Positions 27,323-36,660 of a DNA stretch of 64,000 bases are shown here, in pieces. The stretch is taken from the NCBI GenBank assembly GCA_049510745.1, contig JBEKYR010000005.1:96001-160000 (forward strand). Reading direction: 5' to 3'. The notes beneath the pieces are model-generated. The model was not told the origin of the DNA, made no database searches, and saw only the letters and a program-made list of their open reading frames with translations. The DNA is from Verrucomicrobiota bacterium. Its GTDB lineage: Bacteria; Verrucomicrobiota; Verrucomicrobiia; Limisphaerales; Palsa-1400. The stretch's first letter is position 1. Each line of letters starts with the position of its first letter. The translations under genes were made by a program, and so were the position numbers.

Positions 27323-29287
27323 ATGAAGACTGCCGCTGCCAACGCTCGTCGCAGGCGCCGTTGCGCGCCCGTCCCGCTCCGGCTCTTCCTGCCCGCCTTG
27401 TTTTTTTTGATGGCGAAGCCTGCCTCGGCTCAACGCCCGCTGGGGACCGACGTTTCCCACTATCAAGGCGCGGGCATCAACTGGACGAACGTCAAGAATG
27501 ACGGCGTCTCGTTTGCGTGGGCCAAGGCGACCGAGGGGACGTATTACTTCGATGCGGATTTCACCCTGAACGAAGCCAATGCCAGGGCCGCCGGGGTGAT
27601 GATCGGAGCGTATCATTACGCCCGTCCGAGCGACGACACCAACTTGACGGGCGCGAACAGCGCGGAGAGCGAGGCGGCGTATTTTTGGAGCAAGGCCAGC
27701 AACTACGTGACCGGGGGCGGCGCCTATCTCATGCCGATGCTGGATTGGGAGGACGTGTATGTCACCAATGCCGGCCTCAATTTCACCGCGGCGGCCCTGT
27801 CGCAGTGGGTCAACCAGTGGTGCAATGACGTGTCCAATTACGCCCGCGCCAACGGCGTGACGGTGCGGCCGGTGGTGTACACGGGCACCTGGTATTCCAA
27901 GCCGGGCGGCTATCCGGGATTGACCACCGCGGTGACAAATTGGGCATCGTGGATCGCCGATTACCCCAGTCATCCCAATCCCCAGACGGGCGCTCCCAGC
28001 GATGGTTCGAGCGACCCTTTCTTCCCGTGGACTTCCTGGAACATCTGGCAGTACGCCGACACCAACTGGTCGGGCGGCGATGCGGATGTGTTCAACGGCA
28101 CAACAAACCAGTTCTGGCAACTCTTCCTCGTCGGCGGCGTCAACGGGCCGCGCATCACGACGAATCCCCCCAGCATGACGGTGGCTCAAGGATCGAATGC
28201 CACTTTGTCGGTGTCCGTATCCGGCGCGACGCCGTTGTACTATCATTGGCAGTTCGACGGAACGAATGTGGCCGCGGTGACCAATTTCAACACCAACACC
28301 GTGCAGTACGCCATTGCCAACGTCCAGTTGGCCAATGCCGGGAACTACGCGGCGCAGATCAGCAACGCCTACGGGACGGCGAGCAGCGCGCCGGCTTTTC
28401 TCTCGGTGACGGCGCCACTGTCAAACGCGGCCGGAGCTGTCATTGCCCCCGCCGGGCTGGTGAATTGGTGGCCGGCGAACGGGAACGCCATCGACATCGT
28501 CAGCGGCTGCAATGGCCTCGCCGCCAACGGGTTCTTTTACGCTCCGGGCGAGACGGGCCTGGCCTTTCACTTTGACGGCTCGACGGGTTACCTTTCGCTG
28601 ACGAACTCTCCGGCGGACGTTCCCGTGCCGTGGACGGCCTGCCTGTGGGTGTACCGGCAACAAACGCCGCAAACTTCGGCCGCTCTGCTTTCCGACGGCA
28701 CTTATACACTCAAGCTGGAGCAATGGAGTAAAACGCACCAAGTCGGCATGACGCAGTCAAGCGTGGCGGATTGGATTTTCACCAACTCAAACTACACCGT
28801 TCCGCTGCAAACCTGGACGCACCTCGCCTTTGTCGCCAGCGGCAGCGGCGCCGGCGGCCTGACGACGCTCTACGTGAACGGCGCGCAAGAAGGCATCCTG
28901 AACACGACCATTCCCCTGGGCCGAACCACCCTGGGCGCCACTTATGTCAGTTCCACCGATTACGTGGATTACCTGGAGGGCGCGATGGATGAGGTCATGA
29001 TTTTCAACCGGGCGCTGACGGCCGCCCAAATTCAGTCGATCTACAGCGCCGGGGCTTCCGGGCTGGTTCAGGCGCCGCAATTCCTCGGCTTGACACCAGT
29101 GGCCGGCGGGAATTGGACCCTGAATCTGGAAGGCTTGACCGGCAGGAATTTTACAATTGACTCCTCAACGGACTTGATCCGTTGGTCCGCGCTGGCGACG
29201 CTGGGAAACCCCGGCGGGACCGTTCTTTATACCGACACCAACGCCGGCTCCAGCCCGGCCACGTTCTACCGGGCCATTCAGCCGTAG
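27323..29287 (+). CDS. Secreted GH25 lysozyme + Ig-like + LamG-like domain protein
   Basis: GTDVSHYQG, FAWAKATEG, GAYHYARP, LDWE, IWQY; Ig segment; WTHLA..LYVNG..G.MDEVMIFNRALT; C-terminal S.DL..W...FYR module. Confidence 0.92.
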   Translation: MKTAAANARRRRRCAPVPLRLFLPALFFLMAKPASAQRPLGTDVSHYQGAGINWTNVKNDGVSFAWAKATEGTYYFDADFTLNEANARAAGVMIGAYHYARPSDDTNLTGANSAESEAAYFWSKASNYVTGGGAYLMPMLDWEDVYVTNAGLNFTAAALSQWVNQWCNDVSNYARANGVTVRPVVYTGTWYSKPGGYPGLTTAVTNWASWIADYPSHPNPQTGAPSDGSSDPFFPWTSWNIWQYADTNWSGGDADVFNGTTNQFWQLFLVGGVNGPRITTNPPSMTVAQGSNATLSVSVSGATPLYYHWQFDGTNVAAVTNFNTNTVQYAIANVQLANAGNYAAQISNAYGTASSAPAFLSVTAPLSNAAGAVIAPAGLVNWWPANGNAIDIVSGCNGLAANGFFYAPGETGLAFHFDGSTGYLSLTNSPADVPVPWTACLWVYRQQTPQTSAALLSDGTYTLKLEQWSKTHQVGMTQSSVADWIFTNSNYTVPLQTWTHLAFVASGSGAGGLTTLYVNGAQEGILNTTIPLGRTTLGATYVSSTDYVDYLEGAMDEVMIFNRALTAAQIQSIYSAGASGLVQAPQFLGLTPVAGGNWTLNLEGLTGRNFTIDSSTDLIRWSALATLGNPGGTVLYTDTNAGSSPATFYRAIQP

Positions 29288-29311
29288 GCAGCCGCCGGGC
29301 GGAGTTGTCAA

Positions 29312-30763
29312 TTACAAATTGAATCCCGGGCCGCCCGCCGGCCCGCCGCGCCGGGGGTTTTTCCCGGCGGAGCCGCCGGGGAGATTCATCCAGTGATCGG
29401 CGCCGTTGCCTCCGGCGTCGAACGGGTCGAGCATGTGCAGCGAGCTGCCGCCTTCGGCCCCGATGACTTCCCAGTCGATGTAATAGGAGGCGCAGCCCTC
29501 GTCTTTGAGCAGGCGCATCGCCCGGGAACGGACGGCGGCGCGGGTGTTGTTCGGGGGCTGGCTGGCGGCTTGCGTGATTTCCTTGTGGGGCAATTCCCAC
29601 CCCGGCGGGTTTTGCGCCAGGGCGGCGCCCAGGCCGCGCGCGGGGTCAATCTGGTGATACTCCAGGTCCTGCGACTTGAGCCACGGATGGCTCCAGGGAA
29701 TGTTCTCCTGCTCGCAGAATTGCCGCAAGAGCCACCGCTTGGTGATCCAATCCACCTTGCCAACCAAGGCCTCGGGGTCTGTTGCCAGCGCCTGGAGCGT
29801 GTCGGCCCAAATGGACAGGAGCAGGTCCGTTTCGGCGTCGCGTCCCTGCAATTCCGCCTTCGCGGCTTGCTGGTAATCGAACAACAGGCTCACGGCATCG
29901 GCGCACCGGCCGTCGGCCAAGCGCACCAGCCACGGGCCGTCGGGTTGGTGGGAGAGGTTGCGAAACGCGGCCACGGCGTCGGCCAGCGCCGTTCTGGGCA
30001 GGCAATTTATTTCCAGCAAATCCAGCGCCAGCGCCGTGGTGCCCGCCTTCAAAAGGAGGCTGGCGGGCAAAACGTTGGTGTCGCCGTGCAGGAGGTGGAG
30101 GCGGCGGTATTTGCGGGCATCGGCCAGCGGCTCGTCGCGGGTGTTGATGATGGCGCGATTGAACTGCACCCACTCGAAAAGGTCGTTGTTGATGTAATCG
30201 GCCCGCTGGCTTATTTGGAAACTGTCTTCCACGCCGGGCCGCGCCGGTTCGCCGCGCGCCTCCGCCGCCAGGCTGGCGCCCACCCGCCCCGTGCTTACGT
30301 ACAACATGCGCAACGTCAGGAATGCCAGCAGCGACTGCACGTTCGCCTCCGTCAGGGGCGCGGTGCGGCGCACCAGGTAATTCTCGTGGCACCCGAAGGT
30401 CGTGCCGAAATAATGATCGATGTTGTTGCGGATGAAATGGATTTCACGCTCGGCCCGCATCGACTTGACAGCTTGCAGCAGGATGGCGTCGCCGGCTTGG
30501 TCGTAGCGCAAGACATCCAGCAGGCTCAGGCATTCGGGCGTGCAGTATTCCAGGTGGCCCATGTCGATGTAGCACCGGCCGCCGTTGAAGAGGAAACCGC
30601 CGTTGCCCGCCGGTTCGTCCCAATCCCGCTGATGCACGTCAATGAGGCCGAAGCGCTGCTCCTTGAAAATCCAGTCGCGCACCCGCGTGACGGCGGTGGC
30701 CGAGCCGGGAAATTCGGGGGTCAAACAACCATATTCTGTTTCCAGGCCAACGATCCGGTTCAT
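29312..30763 (-). CDS. pafA: PafA-family (Pup/UBact) ligase
   Basis: GLETEYG, FLFNGGRCYIDMGHLEYCTPEC, GCHENY, SQRAD, INTRDEP, RRLHL..GDTN, DWITK, DLEYH. Confidence 0.88.
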   Translation of the reverse strand: MNRIVGLETEYGCLTPEFPGSATAVTRVRDWIFKEQRFGLIDVHQRDWDEPAGNGGFLFNGGRCYIDMGHLEYCTPECLSLLDVLRYDQAGDAILLQAVKSMRAEREIHFIRNNIDHYFGTTFGCHENYLVRRTAPLTEANVQSLLAFLTLRMLYVSTGRVGASLAAEARGEPARPGVEDSFQISQRADYINNDLFEWVQFNRAIINTRDEPLADARKYRRLHLLHGDTNVLPASLLLKAGTTALALDLLEINCLPRTALADAVAAFRNLSHQPDGPWLVRLADGRCADAVSLLFDYQQAAKAELQGRDAETDLLLSIWADTLQALATDPEALVGKVDWITKRWLLRQFCEQENIPWSHPWLKSQDLEYHQIDPARGLGAALAQNPPGWELPHKEITQAASQPPNNTRAAVRSRAMRLLKDEGCASYYIDWEVIGAEGGSSLHMLDPFDAGGNGADHWMNLPGGSAGKNPRRGGPAGGPGFNL

Positions 30764-30786
30764 AAACGCGCCTTGCCCAAAAAACG

Positions 30787-31527
30787 TCAAAGTCCCAGTT
30801 CCGAAATCGTTGGCGCCTGGTAGCGCGCCGGGCGCGGGCTTTGCCGCGCCAGCCACCCGATCTCGACCGTCTTGCCCCGGACGCTTTCCCGCCAGCCGGC
30901 CCGCCGCGCCGCCTCGTCCGGCCCCGGTTCGGTCCACGACTTTTGCTCCGACATCCGCCACCAGGCCTGCAAGAGAACCTCCGCCGCCTCCGCGCGGCTG
31001 GTTTTGTTCTTGACGGCCTCGTTGAGCCACTTTTGGGCGGCGGCTTCGGCTTCCGGGTCGGGCGCCGCGATCATCGCGCCGCCGAACTGCGTCTGGTACG
31101 CCCCGTCAAAATGGAGGCGGAAAAACAGGTCGTGCGCCGGGTCCGCCCCCAGCTCGGCCAGGAGCGCCTCGACCAGGAACGGGGCGCTGAAAATCTGCTC
31201 GAAATTGGTTTTCAACTGCGGCCCCAACCCGAAACCGACCAGCCGCCGCAAACTCACGTCCTCCGGCGCCCGTGTAAAGGCCTCGATATGCGCGGCGTCG
31301 ATGGCCGCCTGGCGTATCTTCTCGATGTCCGCCGGATGTCCCAGCCCGGCCAGCGCGTGGCGGTCAAACAACTCGAACACCTTCGATTGGCCCCCGCCCA
31401 CGCCCAGCAGAAGGATGCCCTCGGGAAGGCTGGCGGCGAACACCGGCGAGCCGCCCTTGAGCTGCTCGCGCACGTATTCGCGGCGGTTGGCCACCGCCTC
31501 CAGCCAGCGATAGGGTTCCTCAGTCAT
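30787..31527 (-). CDS. prcA: 20S proteasome alpha-subunit homolog
   Basis: EEPYRWLEAVANRREYVREQL.GGSPV, KVFELFDR, GHPADIE; lies between the beta subunit and pafA. Confidence 0.85.
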   Translation of the reverse strand: MTEEPYRWLEAVANRREYVREQLKGGSPVFAASLPEGILLLGVGGGQSKVFELFDRHALAGLGHPADIEKIRQAAIDAAHIEAFTRAPEDVSLRRLVGFGLGPQLKTNFEQIFSAPFLVEALLAELGADPAHDLFFRLHFDGAYQTQFGGAMIAAPDPEAEAAAQKWLNEAVKNKTSRAEAAEVLLQAWWRMSEQKSWTEPGPDEAARRAGWRESVRGKTVEIGWLARQSPRPARYQAPTISELGL

Positions 31528-32293
31528 GCAAAAACTCCCGCTGCTGCTCGTCGGTGATGGTCTCGACCCCGGCCGGCCGCAACACCTTGATGGTGGCGTA
31601 AGTTTGGGTCGAGGGATTGACGCCCCCGGTGGCGGAATCAAACTCCGAGGCGGTCGAGAGCAAACGCGACCCAAACCGCACGGCCTCGCGCAAATTCATT
31701 TGCGACGGCGCGGGTTGTCCGTACCGCTCCTGAAAACTCAGGACGCTGCGAATGGTCGCCGACCCGGAGCCGGAGGCGGCGTAGCCGACCGCCTGGAATT
31801 GCGCGCCGAGCGGATCGTAAAAGAAAATCTGCGGTTTGGGCGGCGCGACCGAATGGTCCACCCCCGCGAAGAGCGGCACGACGATCCCAATGCCCTGCAT
31901 CGTCAGGGTCAGGTTGTCGCGCAGCAACCGCGCCAGGGCGCGCACCCGCGCGGGCAGGCTCAACGGCTGGAGCTGGCTGCGCCGGTAGTATTCAAAGGAG
32001 GTTTGCAGCACCCGGGCCATTTCAAAAGCCGTCGCCGGCACCCCCGCGATGGCCAGCAGGGAAGTCGAATCAATTTCGATAATCTTCTCGACGCGGTCCG
32101 TGACGATGACGTTGCCCGCCGTGGCGCGGCGGTCCCCGGCCATCAGAACGCCCCCGGCGAATTGAAACGCGAAAACGGTGGTGGCCTGCGTTTGCACCGG
32201 GGCGCCGGGCGACGACGCCGCGGGCGCCGGGGCGAGGCGACGCTCCGCCAAAAGCGAAAGGAAATCGCCTGCAATCGGGAGCGGCTGGCTCAT
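31520..32293 (-). CDS. prcB: 20S proteasome beta-subunit homolog with propeptide
   Basis: TTVFAF..GVLMAGDRRATAGN..VEKI, SGSGS, FDSATGG. Confidence 0.92.
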   Translation of the reverse strand: MSQPLPIAGDFLSLLAERRLAPAPAASSPGAPVQTQATTVFAFQFAGGVLMAGDRRATAGNVIVTDRVEKIIEIDSTSLLAIAGVPATAFEMARVLQTSFEYYRRSQLQPLSLPARVRALARLLRDNLTLTMQGIGIVVPLFAGVDHSVAPPKPQIFFYDPLGAQFQAVGYAASGSGSATIRSVLSFQERYGQPAPSQMNLREAVRFGSRLLSTASEFDSATGGVNPSTQTYATIKVLRPAGVETITDEQQREFLHD

Positions 32294-32460
32294 TGGCCGG
32301 TGCGCTGGCGATAACGCCGGGCCTGGTCGGGATCGACCTTGCGCATGCGTTTGAGCAATTCCTCCGTGTTGGGTTTATCGACTTTCGGCGCGCTCGGCCC
32401 CTCGCCGCCGCCGCCGCCGGGCGGCGCGATCGGTCTGTTTTTTTGAGCTTGGTCTGGCAT
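32290..32460 (-). CDS. ubact: Ubiquitin-like protein UBact (56 aa)
   Basis: MPDQAQKNRPIAPPGGGGGEGPSAPKVDKPNTEELLKRMRKVDPDQARRYRQRTGQ*; C-terminal R(T/S)G(E/Q); ATGA overlap with the beta gene. Confidence 0.92.
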   Translation of the reverse strand: MPDQAQKNRPIAPPGGGGGEGPSAPKVDKPNTEELLKRMRKVDPDQARRYRQRTGQ

Positions 32461-32693
32461 ACAACGTATTAAGTATCGTCCCTTTCGCCCATTTTACACG
32501 TTACAACTTGGCAGAAAAATCCGGGAATTCAAGTCGCGCCCGATTGAAAAATCCGCATGTTCTTCCCACCCGGGCCTTGAAAGCGTTTGTGCCTCGGTAT
32601 TCGGTTTATCTGCGATGGATGGGCAATCGCAAGACTTCCACGATCTTGCGGGCGATCAAATAACGCCGTTCTTCGGTCACGCTGCCCTTGCGG

Positions 32694-33017
32694 TCAGCAA
32701 ATTGCGCTTTGGGCAAGAGCTACATCAAGGTCCGCGGGTGCGCGGATAACGGACGCTTTGGCGAGCCGGTTTTGTTCCTGGATTTCTTCTCTGCTGTAGC
32801 AGTTGGCGAAATAGCCCGCCGGCCGGATGGGAATGGGGTCAATCGGGGGAACTTCCTGCAATAGGAAGCGGTGTTCTCCACGCGCGATGTACACGGTTTC
32901 GCCCTTCCTGACTTTTTCCAGCAGCCGCCCCAAGTAAGTCTTCGCGTGGCTGAGGCTGAAACTGTCCGACTGCAAATTGACCTTCCGTCTTCGCGGCGAA
33001 TGATTCGCAACTTTCAT
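32694..33017 (-). CDS. Phd/YefM-like antitoxin (orphan)
   Basis: FSLSHAKTYLGRLLEKVRKGETVYIARG. Confidence 0.7.
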   Translation of the reverse strand: MKVANHSPRRRKVNLQSDSFSLSHAKTYLGRLLEKVRKGETVYIARGEHRFLLQEVPPIDPIPIRPAGYFANCYSREEIQEQNRLAKASVIRAPADLDVALAQSAIC

Positions 33018-33074
33018 AGGCTAATCATAGGCTGTTTTCAGGTTGGCGTCGAGAGATTTTTTGGAAATCCGCCC

Positions 33075-35945
33075 TCACCCGCAGGTGCAAACCAGATTCC
33101 GGTCGCCCCACACGTTGTCGATCCGCCCGACGCCCGGCCAGAATTTATGCTCGCGCGTCCACGGAGCCGGGAAGGCGGCGCGTTCGCGGCTGTAGGGACG
33201 CTCCCACGGCTCCCGCGCCAGGGCCAGTGCGGTGTGCGGGGCGTTTTTCAGCAGGTTGTTTTGCGGCGGGACTTTGCCCGATTCGATTTCCTGAATTTCA
33301 CCGTGAATCGCCACCAGGGCATCGCAGAATCGGTCCAGTTCCCCGGCCGATTCGCTTTCCGTCGGCTCGATCATCATCGTTCCGGGCACGGGGAACGAAA
33401 TGGTCGGCGCGTGAAATCCGTAGTCCATCAGCCGCTTGGCCACGTCCTCGACGGTGACGCTCTTGAAGGGGCGCAGATCGACGATGCACTCGTGGGCAAC
33501 GAAACCGCTCCTGCCCTTGAACAGCACCGGAAAATAAGGGTCAAGCCGGCGCGCGATGTAATTGGCGTTGAGAATGGCCATGCGCGTGGCCTCGGCCAGC
33601 CCCGCGCCGCCCATGAGCGAAATGTAAACCCACGGCACGGCCAAAATGCTCGCGCTGCCCCACGGCGCGGCGGACACGGCGCCAATCGGGTCCTCGCCGC
33701 CGAGGTTGACGACGGGATGGCCGGGCAGGAATTCCACCAAGTGTTCCGCCACGCAGATCGGCCCCATGCCCGGCCCGCCCCCGCCGTGCGGAATGCAAAA
33801 GGTCTTGTGCAAATTGATGTGGCAAACGTCCGCGCCGATGTCGCCGGGACGGCAAAGTCCGACTTGCGCGTTCATGTTTGCGCCATCCATATAGACCAGC
33901 CCGCCGTGTTCGTGGACGATCCGGCAGATGTCCCGGATGCCTTCCTCGAACACCCCGTGGGTGGAGGGATACGTCACCATGAGCGCGGCCAGATCGTCTT
34001 TGTGCGCTTCGGCTTTGGCGCGGAGGTCGCCCAGGTCAATGTTCCCGCCCGCGTCGCACGCCACCGGGACAATTTGCCAGCCGGCCAGGGCGGCGCTGGC
34101 GGGATTGGTGCCGTGGGCGGATGTCGGAATCAGACAGACACGGCGGCGCGGCTGGACGCGCGTTTGGTGAAATTTCTGTATGACAAGCAGGCCGGCGTAT
34201 TCCCCTTGCGCGCCGGAATTGGGTTGGAGGGAACATCCGGCCAGACCGGTGATCTCCGCCAGCCACTCCTCCAGTTGCCGGAAAAGGATTTGAAACCCGC
34301 GCGTCTGGGAGAGGGGCGCGAAGGGATGGAGGCGGGCGAATTCCGGCCAGGTGATGGGGAGCATTTCCGCCGTCCCGTTGAGCTTCATCGTGCAGGAGCC
34401 GAGCGGGATCATCGAGGTCGTCAACGATAAATCCCGGCTTTCCAGCCGCCGCAAATAGCGCAGCATCTCCGTCTCGGAATGGCAGCGGTTAAACACCGCC
34501 TGCTGAAGGAACCCGCTGGCGCGGGCCAGCGGCGGCGGATAGTCCGGCGAGACTTTTGCCGCCAGTTCCGCCGGTGATACCGCGGGCGCATTGCCGCCGT
34601 TAAAAACGGACAGAATATCGGCCACGTCCGTCTCTCCCGTCGTTTCGTCCAGCGAGATGCCGATGTTCCGGGCATCGAAGACGCGGAAATTCATGCGGTG
34701 GGCCTCCGCCGCCTTGAGAATCTCGGCGCGCTTCGGCCCCAAATCGATTTTCAGCGTGTCGAAAAACGGCGTGGCCGCCGCCGGCGCGAAGCCCGCCTGC
34801 TTGAGTCCCTCCGCCAGCATCGCTGTCAACAATCGCACGCGGCGGGCGATCCTTTGCAGTCCTTCCGGCCCGTGATAAACGGCGTACATGGCGGCCAGGT
34901 TGGCGGGCAGGGCCTGCGCCGTGCAGATATTGCTGGTGGCCTTCTCGCGGCGGATGTGCTGTTCGCGCGTTTGCAGCGCCAGGCGGAAGGCGGGGTTCCC
35001 GGCCGCATCCTTGGAAACGCCGACCAGCCGGCCCGGAAGCAGCCGCTTGAAAGCGTCGCTTGTGGCGAAGAAGGCGGCGTGCGGCCCGCCATAACCGAGC
35101 GGCACGCCGAAGCGTTGCGCGCTGCCCACCGCCACGTCCGCGCCGAACTCTCCCGGCGGACGCAGCAGCGTCAACGCCAGCAAATCCGCCGCCACCACCA
35201 GCAAGGCGCCGGCGGCATGCGCCTGTTCGGCGAACGGCTCGTAATCGAAGATGGCACCGTCGGTCGCCGGGTATTGCACGAGCGCGCCGCAAACAGAGTC
35301 GTTGCACTGGAAACTTTGGTGGTCCCCCACGATCACTTCGATGCCCAGCGGCCGCGCGCGGGTCCGTACCACTTCGATCGTTTGCGGATGGCACAATTGC
35401 GAGACAAAGAAGACACGGCGTTCAGGCCGGGCGTTCTGGCAAAGGTGCATCGCTTCGGCGGCGGCGGTCGCCTCATCGAGCAGGGAAGCGTTGGCGATGG
35501 GCAGGCCGGTCAGATCGCTCGTCATGGTTTGGAAATTGAGCAGCGCCTCCAGCCGCCCCTGGGAAATCTCCGCCTGATAGGGCGTGTATGGGGTGTACCA
35601 ACCGGGATTCTCCAGGATATTCCGCTGGAGGACCGGCGGGGTGATGCAATCCGAATAGCCCATGCCGATAAACGAGCGGAAGACCTGGTTTTTCCCCGCG
35701 ATGGCGCGCAACTCGTTGAGCGCGGCGTGTTCGTCCTTGCCCGTTGGAAGCCGCAAAGGTGTTTTCAGCCGGATCCCCGCCGGCACGACCGCGTCGATGA
35801 ATTCCTCAAGGCTGGCAAAGCCCTGTTGCTGCAACATCCGCGCCCTCTCGCCGGCGCCGGGGCCGATATGGCGGTGAACAAACCCATCGGCCGGCTCGAA
35901 GGTTTGTGGCCCGCGCGCCGCCGGAACAGTCGATACTTCAGACAT
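33075..35945 (-). CDS. gcvP: Glycine dehydrogenase (glycine cleavage P protein)
   Basis: [61 protein letters not shown]. Confidence 0.98.
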   Translation of the reverse strand: MSEVSTVPAARGPQTFEPADGFVHRHIGPGAGERARMLQQQGFASLEEFIDAVVPAGIRLKTPLRLPTGKDEHAALNELRAIAGKNQVFRSFIGMGYSDCITPPVLQRNILENPGWYTPYTPYQAEISQGRLEALLNFQTMTSDLTGLPIANASLLDEATAAAEAMHLCQNARPERRVFFVSQLCHPQTIEVVRTRARPLGIEVIVGDHQSFQCNDSVCGALVQYPATDGAIFDYEPFAEQAHAAGALLVVAADLLALTLLRPPGEFGADVAVGSAQRFGVPLGYGGPHAAFFATSDAFKRLLPGRLVGVSKDAAGNPAFRLALQTREQHIRREKATSNICTAQALPANLAAMYAVYHGPEGLQRIARRVRLLTAMLAEGLKQAGFAPAAATPFFDTLKIDLGPKRAEILKAAEAHRMNFRVFDARNIGISLDETTGETDVADILSVFNGGNAPAVSPAELAAKVSPDYPPPLARASGFLQQAVFNRCHSETEMLRYLRRLESRDLSLTTSMIPLGSCTMKLNGTAEMLPITWPEFARLHPFAPLSQTRGFQILFRQLEEWLAEITGLAGCSLQPNSGAQGEYAGLLVIQKFHQTRVQPRRRVCLIPTSAHGTNPASAALAGWQIVPVACDAGGNIDLGDLRAKAEAHKDDLAALMVTYPSTHGVFEEGIRDICRIVHEHGGLVYMDGANMNAQVGLCRPGDIGADVCHINLHKTFCIPHGGGGPGMGPICVAEHLVEFLPGHPVVNLGGEDPIGAVSAAPWGSASILAVPWVYISLMGGAGLAEATRMAILNANYIARRLDPYFPVLFKGRSGFVAHECIVDLRPFKSVTVEDVAKRLMDYGFHAPTISFPVPGTMMIEPTESESAGELDRFCDALVAIHGEIQEIESGKVPPQNNLLKNAPHTALALAREPWERPYSRERAAFPAPWTREHKFWPGVGRIDNVWGDRNLVCTCG

Positions 35946-36180
35946 GGGGCGAAAATAAAATGGCGCGGGCGCAAAGCAAGCGAGTTGTGGGGAATTGTTT
36001 TGCCGGCCCGATCCCTGGCGATGTGTTCGGCAAGTTTGAAATTGCCCGAACCGATTGACCGGGTGTTTCCGATTTTCCCGCCGGCCGCTGGTTGGTTCTC
36101 CTCCACGAAATGAATGGACACCAATTTCCCAGGCCCGACCCTTTCACGACCTCTCTGTCAATGGCGCAATGCGCTTTCGC

Positions 36181-36299
36181 CTACGGGTGTTCAATCACCG
36201 CTGTTCCTGTCAAGCCCTCGAAATCTGACCGATTCCGAGTCAGAACCACGTCCGCGCCGGCTTTGACCGCCGCCAGAGCGTGGCCATGCCGTATTTCAT
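36181..36299 (-). pseudogene. PIN/VapC toxin remnant (internal deletion, frameshifted)
   Basis: ATG overlaps the antitoxin stop (ATGA) and gives MKY..., out of frame with a PIN-like C-terminus HALAAVKAGADVVLTRNRSDF; only 119 nt. Confidence 0.7.
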
Positions 36300-36541
36300 G
36301 CCCGCGAATCTCGTTCTTCGCGGACCGCCTTGGCGATGGCCTCAGGGGTGATTTCCCCAGGAACATCCAGCATAAGGCGGCCGTTGCGCCGGACTAGTTT
36401 GCCCAGGACACGTTTGGGCTCCTCCGGCACCAATCGCTTCAAAATTATCCGCGTGCCATCCACCTCCGGTTCAAAGCTCGTGCCCGGTGGAAACAATTCC
36501 AGGCTGGCGATGCGGCCCCTTGAATCTGCAGTTAATGTCAT
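36296..36541 (-). CDS. AbrB/MazE-like antitoxin
   Basis: LTADSRGRI...PGTSFE.EVDG.RIILKR; preceded by TTGACT-18-GATAAT with the ATGGGAT-T-ATCCCAT palindrome over the -10. Confidence 0.72.
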   Translation of the reverse strand: MTLTADSRGRIASLELFPPGTSFEPEVDGTRIILKRLVPEEPKRVLGKLVRRNGRLMLDVPGEITPEAIAKAVREERDSRA

Positions 36542-36660
36542 AATGGGATTATCCCATCAGATTGGATGAAAAGTCAAGTTCAGACGATCGGCCGCTTGAC
36601 CTGCGCGCCGCCAGAAAAACACTGGTTGAACTTACAACCGAGCCCGGAAAATCCTATGGC

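Noticed and set aside
29312..30763. Dop deamidase call
   Set aside because: Motifs (YIDMGH.EY, GCHENY) and the absence of the long N-terminal Dop loop fit PafA better; an HMM would settle it.
35946..36180. Glycine riboswitch upstream of gcvP
   Set aside because: The characteristic GGAGA...CCGAAG...CTCTCAGG aptamer elements were not found.
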